DNA of 64,000 nt from a virus (IMGVR_UViG_3300016478_000063:24800-88799), one strand, 5' to 3'; numbered from the stretch's first letter, positions 27,562-38,900 are shown. The notes: generated from the sequence alone by a model not told the origin. A program made the numbers and translations.

Positions 27562-29559
27562 CTAAATCCAGCTAACAGATGCGGTTAGTGCCGCAAAGGC
27601 CCCTGTATAGCCCGAGCCTGTTACAGACAGCCCCGCCCCGCCTGGGGCAGCTGCGACAGTCAGTGTAAGGGGAAGCCCGCCTGTTGTGTCTGTACCTATT
27701 TGCGTTGCTCTAGTGAGAGTAAACGCGCCAGTGCTACTTAACGTACCCAGCACGATGTATTCGCGCATAGTGTATTGAGCACTGCTGTCTACAGCATTGC
27801 GCGCAGTTACGCGCAAATGCAGAGATACTTCTGCGTTTTTCTTTTGAGCAGCGAGATATTTGCCGGGGATAACGCACACCGCCCCAGACGCTGCAAGGCT
27901 CCCATAAATCGAACGGAAGTACCTCCCGTTTGCAAAAGCCACCGGCCCCATGTAAACGCCTGCCGCGTTTTTCGGGAACAACGGCGACCTGTTGTAGCCA
28001 GATGACGGGTCTAGTCGCAGCAGCTCGTGATTGGGGGATGGTGTGTAGACCTGTATAGGGACATCCAAGAGCGCGACATTCGGGCCTGGCAGCACTGCGA
28101 TGCCAATGTTGGATGTAAGCATGGTTTTCTCGACAGTATAAAGGCGGCCTTCGTTGTCGTAAGCGCCAACTCTGGCGATTGGTTGGCTCGCCGGCAGGTT
28201 GCTGCCAAGTGCGTCGAATGAACAGGTTATATCGATATTGATGTACTTTCCAGTGCCATCAGCTACCGGCTGGTCGGCGATTACAACAGGGCCATTTAAC
28301 TCACCAAACGACGCTGTGCATTTTATGTTTTGCGTTGCAGGAAACCCAGTCCCGCTATTGGAAAGCAAAAGCGCTGCGGAAGCGGGGTCTGAAATGTCAG
28401 AGTGACATCGCACGTCCACGCCATCCACGCCGTAGACAAATAATGCGCGGAGACTGCGAGTCAGTGAGTATGTTCCCGACACATTGTCGCCGTTATTAGC
28501 GAGGTTCAGCCCGTAGTAAACATTGCCACCGGTACAGTCCCCAATAAGTGCAATCCCGCTGCTGCGGTAGCTCATTGGCGAACTTGATGCACAAGTCAAA
28601 AGAGACTGTCCACGGGCAACGTGCATTGGGCCTATACCGTGGCCGGATGTATTTTTAGCAACGGCCAGGATTACAACCGGAGCTACCCCCCTGCTTGGCC
28701 CTGCCATTGTGAAATTGATGTCGTCAAATATATAGTTGGACATTCGTGCGCGGCAGTCGGTAAAACGGAAAAGCGCTGCGTCTGTCCCCGACTGACTATT
28801 GTCACAGGCACATACCAAGGTAGAGCCATTCCAATCAATAACAACGTCCCTGCTCACGTCATAGACTGTCGAGTTTACAGCGACATCTCCGAACCAGTAC
28901 GCACCACCTGCGCCTAAAATTTTGCTCACGGTCACATCAGCCAGCAGCGCTGCCACACTGGCGCGACAGGATGTGCCTGTTGCCCCGTTCCAGTCTGCAA
29001 CAGCGCCAGCCATTTCTGGAGTGGCTGCCCCGTCAAAAACCCTTACCCAGCACCCGTTACCTGGGCCACCTGCCGCTGACAAATAGGCGGAAATCCCCAC
29101 AGGGTCGCCTGACCAAGGGATGCCTGGGTCAATTACACGCCAGCCGTTGTGTTCGGTCTTTGGGCGAGAAGGCTCCCAGCGAAACACACCGCCACCGATC
29201 CCCCGCCCTGAATAAAAAGATGCAACCACGATCATCTGACTAGCGTCTTGACGCGCCAGCCGCATGTCAGCGATTGATGCAACAGAGACGCAACCACGGC
29301 CTAAAATGGCCGCCCCCTTCGCCGGGTCTGTAGAGTTGGCAAGGTCTTGTTCCAGCGTTGTAATATCATCGAATGCTGCATCTACTTGCGTTTTAAGGTA
29401 GGCTGTTCTGTCAGCAAGCTGTTTGATAGGAGCATTGGAATAACCAGTGGTGGGATTACCGGCCATATCAAATTCTGGTGTCCCTCCCAACACAGGATCG
29501 TTCAAATCTAACTGGTAGATATTTGGACTGTATGTTGCTGTTTCATTAATGTTTGCCAT
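27562..29559 (-). CDS. tailspike B (receptor-binding protein)
   Basis: N-terminal IYQLDLNDPVLGG...SNAPIKQLADRTAYLK baseplate anchor; GC-rich body after DLANSTDPAKG. Confidence 0.78.
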   Translation of the reverse strand: MANINETATYSPNIYQLDLNDPVLGGTPEFDMAGNPTTGYSNAPIKQLADRTAYLKTQVDAAFDDITTLEQDLANSTDPAKGAAILGRGCVSVASIADMRLARQDASQMIVVASFYSGRGIGGGVFRWEPSRPKTEHNGWRVIDPGIPWSGDPVGISAYLSAAGGPGNGCWVRVFDGAATPEMAGAVADWNGATGTSCRASVAALLADVTVSKILGAGGAYWFGDVAVNSTVYDVSRDVVIDWNGSTLVCACDNSQSGTDAALFRFTDCRARMSNYIFDDINFTMAGPSRGVAPVVILAVAKNTSGHGIGPMHVARGQSLLTCASSSPMSYRSSGIALIGDCTGGNVYYGLNLANNGDNVSGTYSLTRSLRALFVYGVDGVDVRCHSDISDPASAALLLSNSGTGFPATQNIKCTASFGELNGPVVIADQPVADGTGKYINIDITCSFDALGSNLPASQPIARVGAYDNEGRLYTVEKTMLTSNIGIAVLPGPNVALLDVPIQVYTPSPNHELLRLDPSSGYNRSPLFPKNAAGVYMGPVAFANGRYFRSIYGSLAASGAVCVIPGKYLAAQKKNAEVSLHLRVTARNAVDSSAQYTMREYIVLGTLSSTGAFTLTRATQIGTDTTGGLPLTLTVAAAPGGAGLSVTGSGYTGAFAALTASVSWI
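29312..29346 (-). repeat. tailspike 5' module-junction repeat, copy 2
   Basis: 30/35 nt identical to 25226-25260. Confidence 0.8.
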
Positions 29560-29567
29560 GTAATCTC

Positions 29568-30437
29568 CTACAGAAGCGTAGCAAAGTAGCCGCCCTGTGT
29601 TGTAGTTGTTCCGCCTGAAACTGGTGAATAGAATACATCACCATCATAATCTACGCTTCCATCGTGTTCCGCTTGGGGGATTGTGTCTGCACCACCCCAT
29701 TTAAGACCATAAACCCTACCATAACCAACTGTCTTACTGATGTCACCAAAACCCTTAGCGTTCGGTACGCCTTGAAAGCCAAAATAACTGTCAGCATCAA
29801 AGTAACCAAAATTGATTCTTACACCAACAGTTTTAGGAATTAAGCGAGAGGGATAACCAGACGATGTACTAACATAATTAAGAAGGGTTTGTTCTAATGT
29901 GGATAGCTCTCTTCCAAACATCACAGTGTACTGAGCATTGCCTTCGGCAAGAATTGCTGTAACATTTGTACCAAACAAGAAGTTAATAAACGATAAGAAC
30001 TCTTCTGGTGTAGATGCTGTCCTATTCTTTAGAATTTTTGCTTTAATGAATAGGCGGTAGGTGTTATCATCAAGCAGGACATTACCACCAAGAGGTTGTC
30101 CGAAGTCATACCATCTGCTACCTACTGTTGGTCTGCCAAAGTCCCCAAAGGTGTCTGCTTTTAGAGCACCTTGAAAACCAAAGAAGTTAAATAGGTCTGC
30201 GCTAATGAGTTCTCTTGGTTGACCAACAATCTCTCCAATAACATCCAGCGCAGCACCTTCAGCCTCATCAATACTTCTTTTCTGAATCAAGTCAGCAAAC
30301 ATTTGCTGAGTTTCTGCTTGTCCGTCAATAAGCAGTTGCAAGTATTTATCAACAACTACTTTATCTTCAAACTGAGAAGTAATTCTTTCCCTTGCTTCTT
30401 TTAGGTAGTCTACAGAATTAACAGGAACTAAAGCCAT
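29568..30437 (-). CDS. baseplate wedge protein (DUF2612-like)
   Basis: LDVIGEIVGQPR, FFGFQG and LDDNTYRLFIKAKI motifs. Confidence 0.75.
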   Translation of the reverse strand: MALVPVNSVDYLKEARERITSQFEDKVVVDKYLQLLIDGQAETQQMFADLIQKRSIDEAEGAALDVIGEIVGQPRELISADLFNFFGFQGALKADTFGDFGRPTVGSRWYDFGQPLGGNVLLDDNTYRLFIKAKILKNRTASTPEEFLSFINFLFGTNVTAILAEGNAQYTVMFGRELSTLEQTLLNYVSTSSGYPSRLIPKTVGVRINFGYFDADSYFGFQGVPNAKGFGDISKTVGYGRVYGLKWGGADTIPQAEHDGSVDYDGDVFYSPVSGGTTTTQGGYFATLL

Positions 30438-30447
30438 TCTGTTCTCC

Positions 30448-31917
30448 TTATACTACCGTTACATTGATGTTTACTGACTCGAAAGAACCAATCTCATTGA
30501 AAGCTACAGGAATGTTGCTTGTACCCAAAGGTGCTGGGGAAGTACCAATAAACAAACTATCTACTTGATGCCCAGCCACTTTGTTGATTGGAGTGAATAG
30601 GCGAGAATAGATAATGTCCCTGCCTACACCAAAATTAGCCTTAGCGTAGCTAATAATCTCTGCTTTAATTTGATCTGCACCATCGCCGGGGAATGGTGTC
30701 AAAGATTCTGCATCAAGGCTTAGTGTAATATCAATATACACAGTGACTGGGTTTGGCCTTTCAAATCCAATGTCATGTGTGAAGCCTTGACTATCTGTGA
30801 TAGTTACAACAGTATTCCCTTCACTGGAAATACCCATTGGCTTATTACGCCAGATTGTTTCAGCAATTACTTGACTTGACCCGCCAAGAACTACAGGGAA
30901 GAAGCTGTGAGGAGATACACCATTAGCATCTACAACATCTGTATCGTTCTCATAGATTGCTACTTCTTCTACATTTGGTATATTAAGAAGAGCTGAGTAC
31001 AAGGAATCCAAGATGTTAGAAGATCGCTCTAACTTCGTGTTACGGAAGCGGATACGAAGTTCTTCATCTGTTTCTGTCAATCTTCCAGGGGAGGCTGCTA
31101 CAGGGTTTGTAACAAAATCCCAACCCAATACAGGAGTAAGGATAGTATTGAGCGTGTTCGCTTCTTGTTCTACAGCACCATTGACACTGCATGTTAGTTG
31201 TCCAAGTTTACCAACTTTGTTAATTAACAATCCTGCACCAACCGCAAAATTACTAACTTGAAAAACATCTACACGCCAGATAGCAAGCTCATCTCCAAAA
31301 GGAATAGTTGCTGTAAGCAGTGGGTGACTCAAATCAATAACAGCCTTTAATCCGTTCAAGATTTCTGAAGCTGTTGCACTTACAGAGGATGTGTAGCTTA
31401 CTGTGTTTGTAAGTCCATTAGCTGTTGTATAAGTGATTGTATACTGTGTGCTGTTTAGAACATTAACAACAGTTACGTTGATACCACTTGCTTGAGAAGG
31501 TGAAAGTGCTACACTACCTTGAACAGAGAATTGATTATTAGTGTTTACATCTGAAACAGCACTTCCCGAAGGGATGAGTACGCCGTTGTTGCCTACAAAA
31601 AGCCCCGTTGCTGTGGAAGGAGCAGCATTAAATCGTGAAATACCCGAATACTGTACCAAATTATCTAAAGAGATTCCTGTAGCAGAATTGGGGTCAAATG
31701 AACTCCAACAATCCTGCCCAAGTTCCCAAAGATCAGCATCCCCAACAACATCCAAAGCAATTAGCCGACCAAGGAGAGAGGATTCGCTTGTGTCTACAAC
31801 GTCTCCCTCTTGTACTAAATCTTGGAACAGTTGAACAGCACGTTGTCGCTTTTCTCGTAACAGATCATCCAAACGCTTTAATACAAAGCCTGCATCTGTT
31901 ACACCATAGTTAGCCAT
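30448..31917 (-). CDS. baseplate J-like wedge protein
   Basis: YGVTDAGFVLK...DPNSATGISLD...ETDEELRIR. Confidence 0.85.
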   Translation of the reverse strand: MANYGVTDAGFVLKRLDDLLREKRQRAVQLFQDLVQEGDVVDTSESSLLGRLIALDVVGDADLWELGQDCWSSFDPNSATGISLDNLVQYSGISRFNAAPSTATGLFVGNNGVLIPSGSAVSDVNTNNQFSVQGSVALSPSQASGINVTVVNVLNSTQYTITYTTANGLTNTVSYTSSVSATASEILNGLKAVIDLSHPLLTATIPFGDELAIWRVDVFQVSNFAVGAGLLINKVGKLGQLTCSVNGAVEQEANTLNTILTPVLGWDFVTNPVAASPGRLTETDEELRIRFRNTKLERSSNILDSLYSALLNIPNVEEVAIYENDTDVVDANGVSPHSFFPVVLGGSSQVIAETIWRNKPMGISSEGNTVVTITDSQGFTHDIGFERPNPVTVYIDITLSLDAESLTPFPGDGADQIKAEIISYAKANFGVGRDIIYSRLFTPINKVAGHQVDSLFIGTSPAPLGTSNIPVAFNEIGSFESVNINVTVV

Positions 31918-31927
31918 CAGCTACTCC

Positions 31928-32314
31928 TTATAAATTGGTATTTATTGAAATAGTTTCTGTAAGGCTTCCGTCTAATACACGAACAACGAAACTCATTTCA
32001 TATTGTCTGTTTTGAAACGTAGAAGAAAAAGAAACCAGCTCTCTAACTCCACGCTCTGAAAGAATCTGTTGTTGAAAGATTCGATCTACTGCAACTTTTG
32101 TTGTTTTCTTAGCAAGGATTTGTTGGTAGTAAGGGACACCATATCCAACATCTAAAAACCACTCTCCGAGGTATGTCTTGAGTCGGATTGATAACCTTTG
32201 TGCAACAACCTCTGCGGACTCTTGTGTAATACCAGAAGAACTCAAAGGGCCATTAACAAAAATTGCATCCCCAAAGTCTAAGGATGTTCTGTCATTGTTT
32301 AGTAGAATATCCAT
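31928..32314 (-). CDS. baseplate wedge/sheath initiator (gp25-like)
   Basis: VAQRLSIRLKTYLGEWFLDVGYGVPY. Confidence 0.75.
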   Translation of the reverse strand: MDILLNNDRTSLDFGDAIFVNGPLSSSGITQESAEVVAQRLSIRLKTYLGEWFLDVGYGVPYYQQILAKKTTKVAVDRIFQQQILSERGVRELVSFSSTFQNRQYEMSFVVRVLDGSLTETISINTNL

Positions 32315-32327
32315 TCATTTACCTTTA

Positions 32328-33047
32328 TTAACTTGGAGGAGGGGATGCACCATGGACGTGAGAATTAAATACAATGCCGTTGAATGTCTGAACACCTGTA
32401 CCTGTATAATTACCAAAGTGCGTAATGTTACCTGCCCATACTGTTTCATCAATGTTGAAAGACGCTGAAGCAGCATTTAGTTCTATTTCATTCTGTGCAT
32501 TTACTGTGGCGTTATTACAGTTGACTTCTACATTCTGGTTCGTGTTGATTACAACATCGCCATTCTTTTTAAGTCTTACTTCGTTCTCAACAGAGCCAAT
32601 GTTATTTGCTACAACAACATCCCCTGTATCATGTTGCCAAACTCTAATCTGAGGGTTGTTGATTGACTCAGAGAACGGCCAAATGCCGGGAATGGCAATG
32701 CAATCCCGCTTATCAAACTTACGGAAGTCTGAAGGCGTGGTGTTAGCACCCTTACCACGCTTCCACGTATCCAAACCCCTCATTGTGTAGATAAGTAGGA
32801 CAGGATCACCAACATTTACAGGGTATGTAATTGCTGCCGTGCGTGAGGAAGGCATCTGTACAGGGACGTTCAATACAACGGGGCGTTCTTTAGTTGTATC
32901 ATCTTTATTACGAATATTGATAGTAGGCTGAACGTCTACAGATAATGCGTTTAAATTATCTCTTACAGATACTACAATGCCGGGGAGGGCTGTGTACATG
33001 TTATTAGTTTGATAATCAAAAGATGCGTTCATTAGTTCTTCAAACAT
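32328..33047 (-). CDS. baseplate spike (Gp138-like)
   Basis: YTALPGIVV...VDVQP...GDPVLLIY; terminal HVH iron-binding motif. Confidence 0.8.
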   Translation of the reverse strand: MFEELMNASFDYQTNNMYTALPGIVVSVRDNLNALSVDVQPTINIRNKDDTTKERPVVLNVPVQMPSSRTAAITYPVNVGDPVLLIYTMRGLDTWKRGKGANTTPSDFRKFDKRDCIAIPGIWPFSESINNPQIRVWQHDTGDVVVANNIGSVENEVRLKKNGDVVINTNQNVEVNCNNATVNAQNEIELNAASASFNIDETVWAGNITHFGNYTGTGVQTFNGIVFNSHVHGASPPPS

Positions 33048-33050
33048 TTA

Positions 33051-33932
33051 TTACACCTTTATCTTATCTTCAAGTCTTAGTTCTGTGTACCAGTTACTTC
33101 CCCTGTACTCCCCATAAGAGCGTAGGGAAGCAACTTTATAGTAACCATCGTAATCTTCGTCTTCAATCTTGACGATTGAACCACAGACAATATCGGGGTT
33201 TAGTAGCAGCTTTACTTGTACACCGCCTTTCTTTGCCTTATCCTTTGCTGTACGCCTTAGATCACCAGACACAGCGTAAGGGCGCTCAATCATGCCAGTG
33301 GTTCTACTAATTACATAGGCTGTATTTAGATCGTCTGTGTGTGTGCCACCCGCATCTGCCACATACATTACATCGTCATCAATGCTTATTTCAACATCAA
33401 TAGCTCTTGCAATCTCATCAAGCATTTCTCGGGGAGTACCAGATAGCGGATACCCATCAATCACCTGAGACTGAATGTTAGTGCCATTAAAAGCTACACG
33501 ACTAATACCTGGGATATCTTTAGCCAACTGCCCAATAACATATTTGTAGTCTTTTCCCGGAGGGATAAGTTTACTGAGTGTTTCGTGGTTAAGCTCTTTA
33601 TAAGCCGTACCCATTTGAATTTGTGTTATTGTATCAGTACCGCTCTTTCTTGTTGTTGCAGATGTTACTTGCCCTGCAAACAACCTTTTAACTTGAGTAT
33701 CTACATATCCGGCAGAAAGAACACAAGCTATGTAATCTTGTTCAAGAAGTCTTTGTTTCTCTTTAGACAAATTGTATATCTCAATTACACAACTGTTTTG
33801 TCCTTTCTTACTATCGCTGGATTTGTTTACATCGAAGTTGATATTCAAATCCCTTACTTCAAACCCATCTCCTGTATTGGCATCACCAAACACAACGGAA
33901 TAGGCTCTGTTCTTTTGGTAGATAATTGCCAT
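33051..33932 (-). CDS. baseplate hub protein
   Basis: IEIYNLS...LSAGY...LFAGQV; LLLNPDI..GSIVKI. Confidence 0.75.
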   Translation of the reverse strand: MAIIYQKNRAYSVVFGDANTGDGFEVRDLNINFDVNKSSDSKKGQNSCVIEIYNLSKEKQRLLEQDYIACVLSAGYVDTQVKRLFAGQVTSATTRKSGTDTITQIQMGTAYKELNHETLSKLIPPGKDYKYVIGQLAKDIPGISRVAFNGTNIQSQVIDGYPLSGTPREMLDEIARAIDVEISIDDDVMYVADAGGTHTDDLNTAYVISRTTGMIERPYAVSGDLRRTAKDKAKKGGVQVKLLLNPDIVCGSIVKIEDEDYDGYYKVASLRSYGEYRGSNWYTELRLEDKIKV

Positions 33933-33937
33933 ACTTA

Positions 33938-34690
33938 TTACTCTTGATCGTAGTGTGGTTTAACTTCATAATTAAGGATGGAGTTATATGTAGTTTCTTT
34001 TAAATATGGCTTGTATTCGAAAGCAATGAGTTTGATCTTGTCCTCAACAAACATTTTAACTGCCATCCACGCATCATCGGGGTTACTATAGACCCCGAGA
34101 TAGGTATTCTTACCCCTAATAGAAGAAACAGCTTGAAACGATCCACCGGGAAGTAATGACACACCTCTTGGGTATTTTGAGTTTGATACTCTCTTCTTCC
34201 TTAGAATAACATTTAACTCTTTTGGGAGGTAGCAGCAAGTTTGCGGGGAATATAGTTTACCGTTCCCTAATAAATCCTTGTCAAGCTCCCAACCCTCTAT
34301 AAAATTTTCGGAGTGCCATTTAGCAAAATTCTGAAAGTTATGCCACTCTTGACAAACAATTACATTTTCATAAGACTTCTGTTTATTTTTACCATAACAC
34401 CTGTTCATCATTGCAGACCAAGCGTTATAACACTGTGTGATTTTACCACCTGAAACAGAAGAACTGTGCGGCCCCTGTCCAATAAAGCCTACGCCGAAAA
34501 CCGAGGGGAAGTTAGGATTCTTAACAGACCCTAATTTAAAATCAGATGCCCGTGTCCTAACTTTCGTACCATCTTCAAACGTAACCTCAACGTCTAAAGC
34601 CCCTGTATAGAGAGATACGGTACATGTTCCTGTACTGGTAGTAACAGTATCCCCAACAAAAACAGACTGTTTCGGGCCTTTCTTATTCAA
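33938..34690 (-). CDS. free-standing HNH homing endonuclease (family A core)
   Basis: WSAMMNRCY...VCQEWHNFQNFAKW...WELDKDLLGNGKLYSPQTCCY; start TTG 34690 after AAGGAG. Confidence 0.8.
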   Translation of the reverse strand: MNKKGPKQSVFVGDTVTTSTGTCTVSLYTGALDVEVTFEDGTKVRTRASDFKLGSVKNPNFPSVFGVGFIGQGPHSSSVSGGKITQCYNAWSAMMNRCYGKNKQKSYENVIVCQEWHNFQNFAKWHSENFIEGWELDKDLLGNGKLYSPQTCCYLPKELNVILRKKRVSNSKYPRGVSLLPGGSFQAVSSIRGKNTYLGVYSNPDDAWMAVKMFVEDKIKLIAFEYKPYLKETTYNSILNYEVKPHYDQE

Positions 34691-34721
34691 AAGATTTCTC
34701 CTTCTGCAAATGTGAGGACTA

Positions 34722-34750
34722 ATTATACAGGTTTTAATATAAGAAGTCAA
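34722..34750 (-). promoter_or_regulatory. sigma70 promoter of the HNH gene
   Basis: TTGACT-17 bp-TATAAT; the -35 overlaps the upstream gene's stop codon. Confidence 0.75.
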
Positions 34751-35079
34751 TCTTCTGATTCAAAAATATAGAACAGCCTGAAATACTTAGCAAGTAGTGT
34801 AGGGTCAGTTCTATATCGTTCAATACTTTTACCGATAGGTTCTAAGAATAGATAACCAGTTAGGTTAGGTAGAGCGTAGTCAATAAGGATTGGGTAATTA
34901 GCCACCAACCTTTCACCAACTACAACATCAACACCATCCTCAGTCTTTAAGCCAAAAAACCACCCTTCTGCACGTTCATTATAGTACGCACTGAAGATAT
35001 AAGACCTTCCCTCCAATGAAACACGATAAAAGTAACTTGCATCTTCATAAAGAGGCAAAGAAACATATTGTAAAGCCAT
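34747..35079 (-). CDS. virion/baseplate protein
   Basis: Conserved position between the tube initiator and the hub; YRVSLEG..Y...YNERAEGW. Confidence 0.55.
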   Translation of the reverse strand: MALQYVSLPLYEDASYFYRVSLEGRSYIFSAYYNERAEGWFFGLKTEDGVDVVVGERLVANYPILIDYALPNLTGYLFLEPIGKSIERYRTDPTLLAKYFRLFYIFESED

Positions 35080-35089
35080 TCTTCACCTC

Positions 35090-35917
35090 TTAATTCGTTC
35101 CGAACTTATCAGCGTCTGTTGGTAGCTGATCTGCCGGGGTACTTGGAGCAGTGGAATCCCCTGCGGCTTGAGCAGCTTCGCAATTCTTTGGGGTGCTATT
35201 AGCGTTAGTCTTTTTCTTTGTTGGTTCTACTTTCTTTTTAACAGCATCCGCCACATCTTTAGGAATTTCTGTTTTCTCTAAAAGAGCAAATGTAACTTGT
35301 TCTAAAGTAAGATTAAGAAAAAGAGCATCCCCTGTGTCGGGATTCTCATCTATTCTAAAACTTGTAATAACAAGGTCAGAAATAATATCCCTGATGTTTG
35401 TTCCGTCAAACTCATAAAGCTCTACAAGCTGAATATGACTCTCTGATCTATCTGTTTTGGGGTTGTACTTTAACCCCTTAAGGACGCCTTTCAGAATATC
35501 CTTAACAACTACCTCATTAGATAAGTCTGTACGCTGATTACCAAAAAACTCAACCTTTGGTTTTGACGTACCTAAAAACTGTCCAATGGTGGCAGGGAGA
35601 TACTGTAACAACTTACTTCCTTGTAAGTTGATTGAGATTGGCTCTGGTTGTTCCTGCGCATTCAATGGACGTTGCTGATTTTCATCTAAAAGCTGCCAAG
35701 GGATGTGAGACAAATCTGTTCCGCTTACTACACCAGATATAGTGAATATAGGATTCTCTTTGATAAAGTGGTCTGTAATAGAAGCCCCTGCGTCTACAGG
35801 GTGCTTCGTAACTTGTCCACGATAATCTTGAGAATAGCTTGTAACAGCATCAAGATATATGTATCCACTTGGTTCTTCTGGGTTGTCCAAACTCCCCCAC
35901 TTAATCGCTAATGACAT
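35090..35917 (-). CDS. baseplate/tail-tube initiator (Dit-like)
   Basis: YLDAVTSY...VTKHPVDAGASITDH; L.FNLTLEQV. Confidence 0.65.
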   Translation of the reverse strand: MSLAIKWGSLDNPEEPSGYIYLDAVTSYSQDYRGQVTKHPVDAGASITDHFIKENPIFTISGVVSGTDLSHIPWQLLDENQQRPLNAQEQPEPISINLQGSKLLQYLPATIGQFLGTSKPKVEFFGNQRTDLSNEVVVKDILKGVLKGLKYNPKTDRSESHIQLVELYEFDGTNIRDIISDLVITSFRIDENPDTGDALFLNLTLEQVTFALLEKTEIPKDVADAVKKKVEPTKKKTNANSTPKNCEAAQAAGDSTAPSTPADQLPTDADKFGTN

Positions 35918-38900
35918 TATTGTCCTCCAGAATATCCGTAAGATGTGAGGGTTTGCTGTAGTTTGTCATCCAGCATTTTTACAAAGCTGTTAGCAACATC
36001 CTCTGTCTTCTCTGCTGTAATGTTAGCGTCAAGTTTAACTTCAACCTTCATAACACCAGGAAGTTTTGTACCATAAGCATCCATGTTCCGCTGCATCATA
36101 GACTCCTGAGCCATGTTTTTAGCATTCTCATCGTACATCTCAGGTGTCCAGCCATACATCCCGCTGGAAGGATTATTAAGAGCATTACGCTTCTTTTGTT
36201 CTTGATCAAAAGGTTTTAACCCGGTACTAGCTGTATTCGCTAAAGGATCATAACCCAAGCCTCTGCCGATCATTCCAGCAGGACCGTTACGAATACCAAT
36301 AGAAAGGGCTTGCTTTAACCCTTCGCCCGCACCAGAAAAATCCCCACTGGCCAGTTTGTTTATAGACTGTAAGGTGATCAGAAGGGAGGTTTGTATCTCT
36401 TTGAGTGTATTCAGTACAGTCTGGAGTGCTCCTGATTCTTTGAAAAGATCGAAAAGCATCTTCCATCCTTCATAGGATTTGACCCTAAGCTCTCCAACTT
36501 CTTTAAGAATATCTCTGATGTTAAACATCATTTGCATGATTGTTTCACCAGTCTCTCCTTGACCAAACAACCACTTCTGAAAGTTGCTATCCCTCCCATC
36601 AAACATACGTCCAATAGATTGAGGTAAAAGAACCATCTGCCTAAAGAAGTAAGTTCCTTTATCAAACATCTCTCCGAGATTAGGCATTATTCTATCCATT
36701 TCTCGCATAGCGTCAGTTGCTGTACGCCACAAACGAGCAAAGCCTGTTTCACCACCAGCTTTAGAAAAGCTCTCTAACATCTGAGTTTGCATATTCTGTG
36801 AACGGGCTTGTTCCGCGATAGATGATTTCTTCATAACATCAATCTTGGGCGCTGCGCGTTCACTTAGGATTCTTGCAACAATAGGGAGAATTTTAGCTGA
36901 TTCAATGTTCCCTTTTTCAATATCCTCATAGAATTTGGCATGAGCTTCTTGTCCAACCAACCCGCTACCTGTCATTTCTGCATAGGACTCTGCGAATACG
37001 TCCATCGTCGTTTATGTTCAGGGAGGGGCGTTAATCCCTCCCCCGCTTTATTCAAGCTGCTTATGCTTTCACATAAGACCAGATCATATCACAATCCTAA
37101 AATATAGGATTCCTACCGTTTCGCTTCACTTGAAGCTACGTCCGAAGACTGATCGTTGAACGTTACCCTTAAATGTTTAAAAGTCTTCCCAGCTTTGATA
37201 TTACTTACAGTGTGTCTATTAACACGTGGATGATTCATGCAGTCAACAATATCTGTTATCGAAAGGTTGTTCTCGATAAGTTCTAATATTTTAAGAACAA
37301 GATCATCAGTAATTTTAGGCTTAGTTTTACTAAAATTAAAATCTTTTGAAACCTCTTGCCACGTTCTGCGAGATTTAACAGAATAAACTACAGAAAGATT
37401 TACACCAGTTTTTCTGGATATTTCTCTGCAATTAAAACCATCAACAAGCATTTGGCAGACAGTCATTATCTCACCATTGGTATAGGTTGAAACAAAAGCA
37501 TCTTCTGCTTTTGGGAAATTTCCTGCCTCTACCCCATGAGTTGAGTTTTCTTGTGCTGTAACCCATTCTAAGTTACCAATAGAATTGTTAGTTCTATTAG
37601 AATCTATGTGATTCACGAAAGGTTTGTTTGAGGGGTTTGGTACAAAGACCAGTGCTACAGCCCTGTGGACATATATTCCACGAAGCTTAGAACCATCCCA
37701 AACTTTACAACGAAAATAACCGTCTTTATCTTTAAAAGGTTTATAAATACTTTTAGTAAAGCTACTACGAATCTGCCCAAGCTCATTCACTTCTGCAAAT
37801 TCATAATTTGGAACAACATAAAACATTTCGACCTCCTTGGTTAAAGAAGATCGGGTCTTCGCTGCGGATTACCCAATCTTGATTTCTTAAATCGCAAGTG
37901 TACCACACTTTTAAGAAAATGCAAGCTCTAAGGGCTTTCCCGCAATTAGATAGGTTTGCTATCACCATTACTGGCGAAAGGGGCTACAAATTAACCCGGC
38001 ATTGATTCGGCCATCTGCCGCCGCACTTCCTCCATACTAAGGACACCTTTCGTTTATGTTCAAGGGTGGTCGTTAATCACCCCCCGCTTTATTCAAGCTG
38101 CTACATGTTTCCATGCAGACCAGACCATATCTTCACTTAAAATCAGTGCCTACCGTTTCGCTTCACTTGAAGCTACTCTACTCCATTCAGATAAATCTGT
38201 GTTTCGATGGTCGTTGGGGGCGAGGCGTTTTATGCCTATCCCTGCTGATTGCCCAATTCTTCCGATTGTTACTGCCTTTAGGCTAGTACGAAAGACTCTA
38301 AGGGGTTTCCAGCATATTGTAGGTTTTAGTTGAGCTGTTATGTTAACCCAACATCTGCGAGAGGGCGTTTTGTACTAACTTACGTCTTGCTGGAGTTACA
38401 CCCATTGCAGTTTGGTACTCAGAGAAGCCTTTAAAAATATCTTGACTCTGCTCTACACCAAGACCCGCACCCAGTGAGTTTGAAAGGAATTGGTTGTAAT
38501 CTGGCAAGGCTTCCATGTAGTTGAAACCAACGTCATTAGCCAAACCAAACAACCACTTATTAGCATCAACACCTTGCTGCGTACTGTACCCCTTAGCTGC
38601 TAACACAGCTTGAGTTGTAAGTTGTCCAGAGATTAGTTCTTGGTTTGCTGTGTTCAATGAACCAAGACCATAAACACCACCAACAAAAGGAAGGCTTGCT
38701 ACACCATAACGAGCAAGAGCACCGCCAGCACCGCCAGCATGTAGGAAATTAGCTCTTGAAAAAGAAGAATCACTTCTTGTTTGTTTTGTTGTAGCCGAGC
38801 CTACTGCTTGCTTCACTGGTGCCATTCGGGGTGTCAAGCTGACTTGCTTATTAGCTTGGTTAATTGCTTGCCTGATTGCGGAAGAGACTTGACCGGCGAG

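Larger units (their letters stand above)
37009..37993 (-). mobile_element. group I intron TMP-I2 (985 nt, IA2-like) with HNH ORF in the P6 loop
   Basis: P1 GGGT|...GCCC with U.G pair; P4 TGCGG/CCGCA; P7 GATCA/TGATC; ends GAACATAAACG. Confidence 0.92.

Noticed and set aside
33938-33960. HNH C-terminal YDQE as the old end of gene 35079-34747
   Set aside because: Four residues only; cannot be distinguished from chance.
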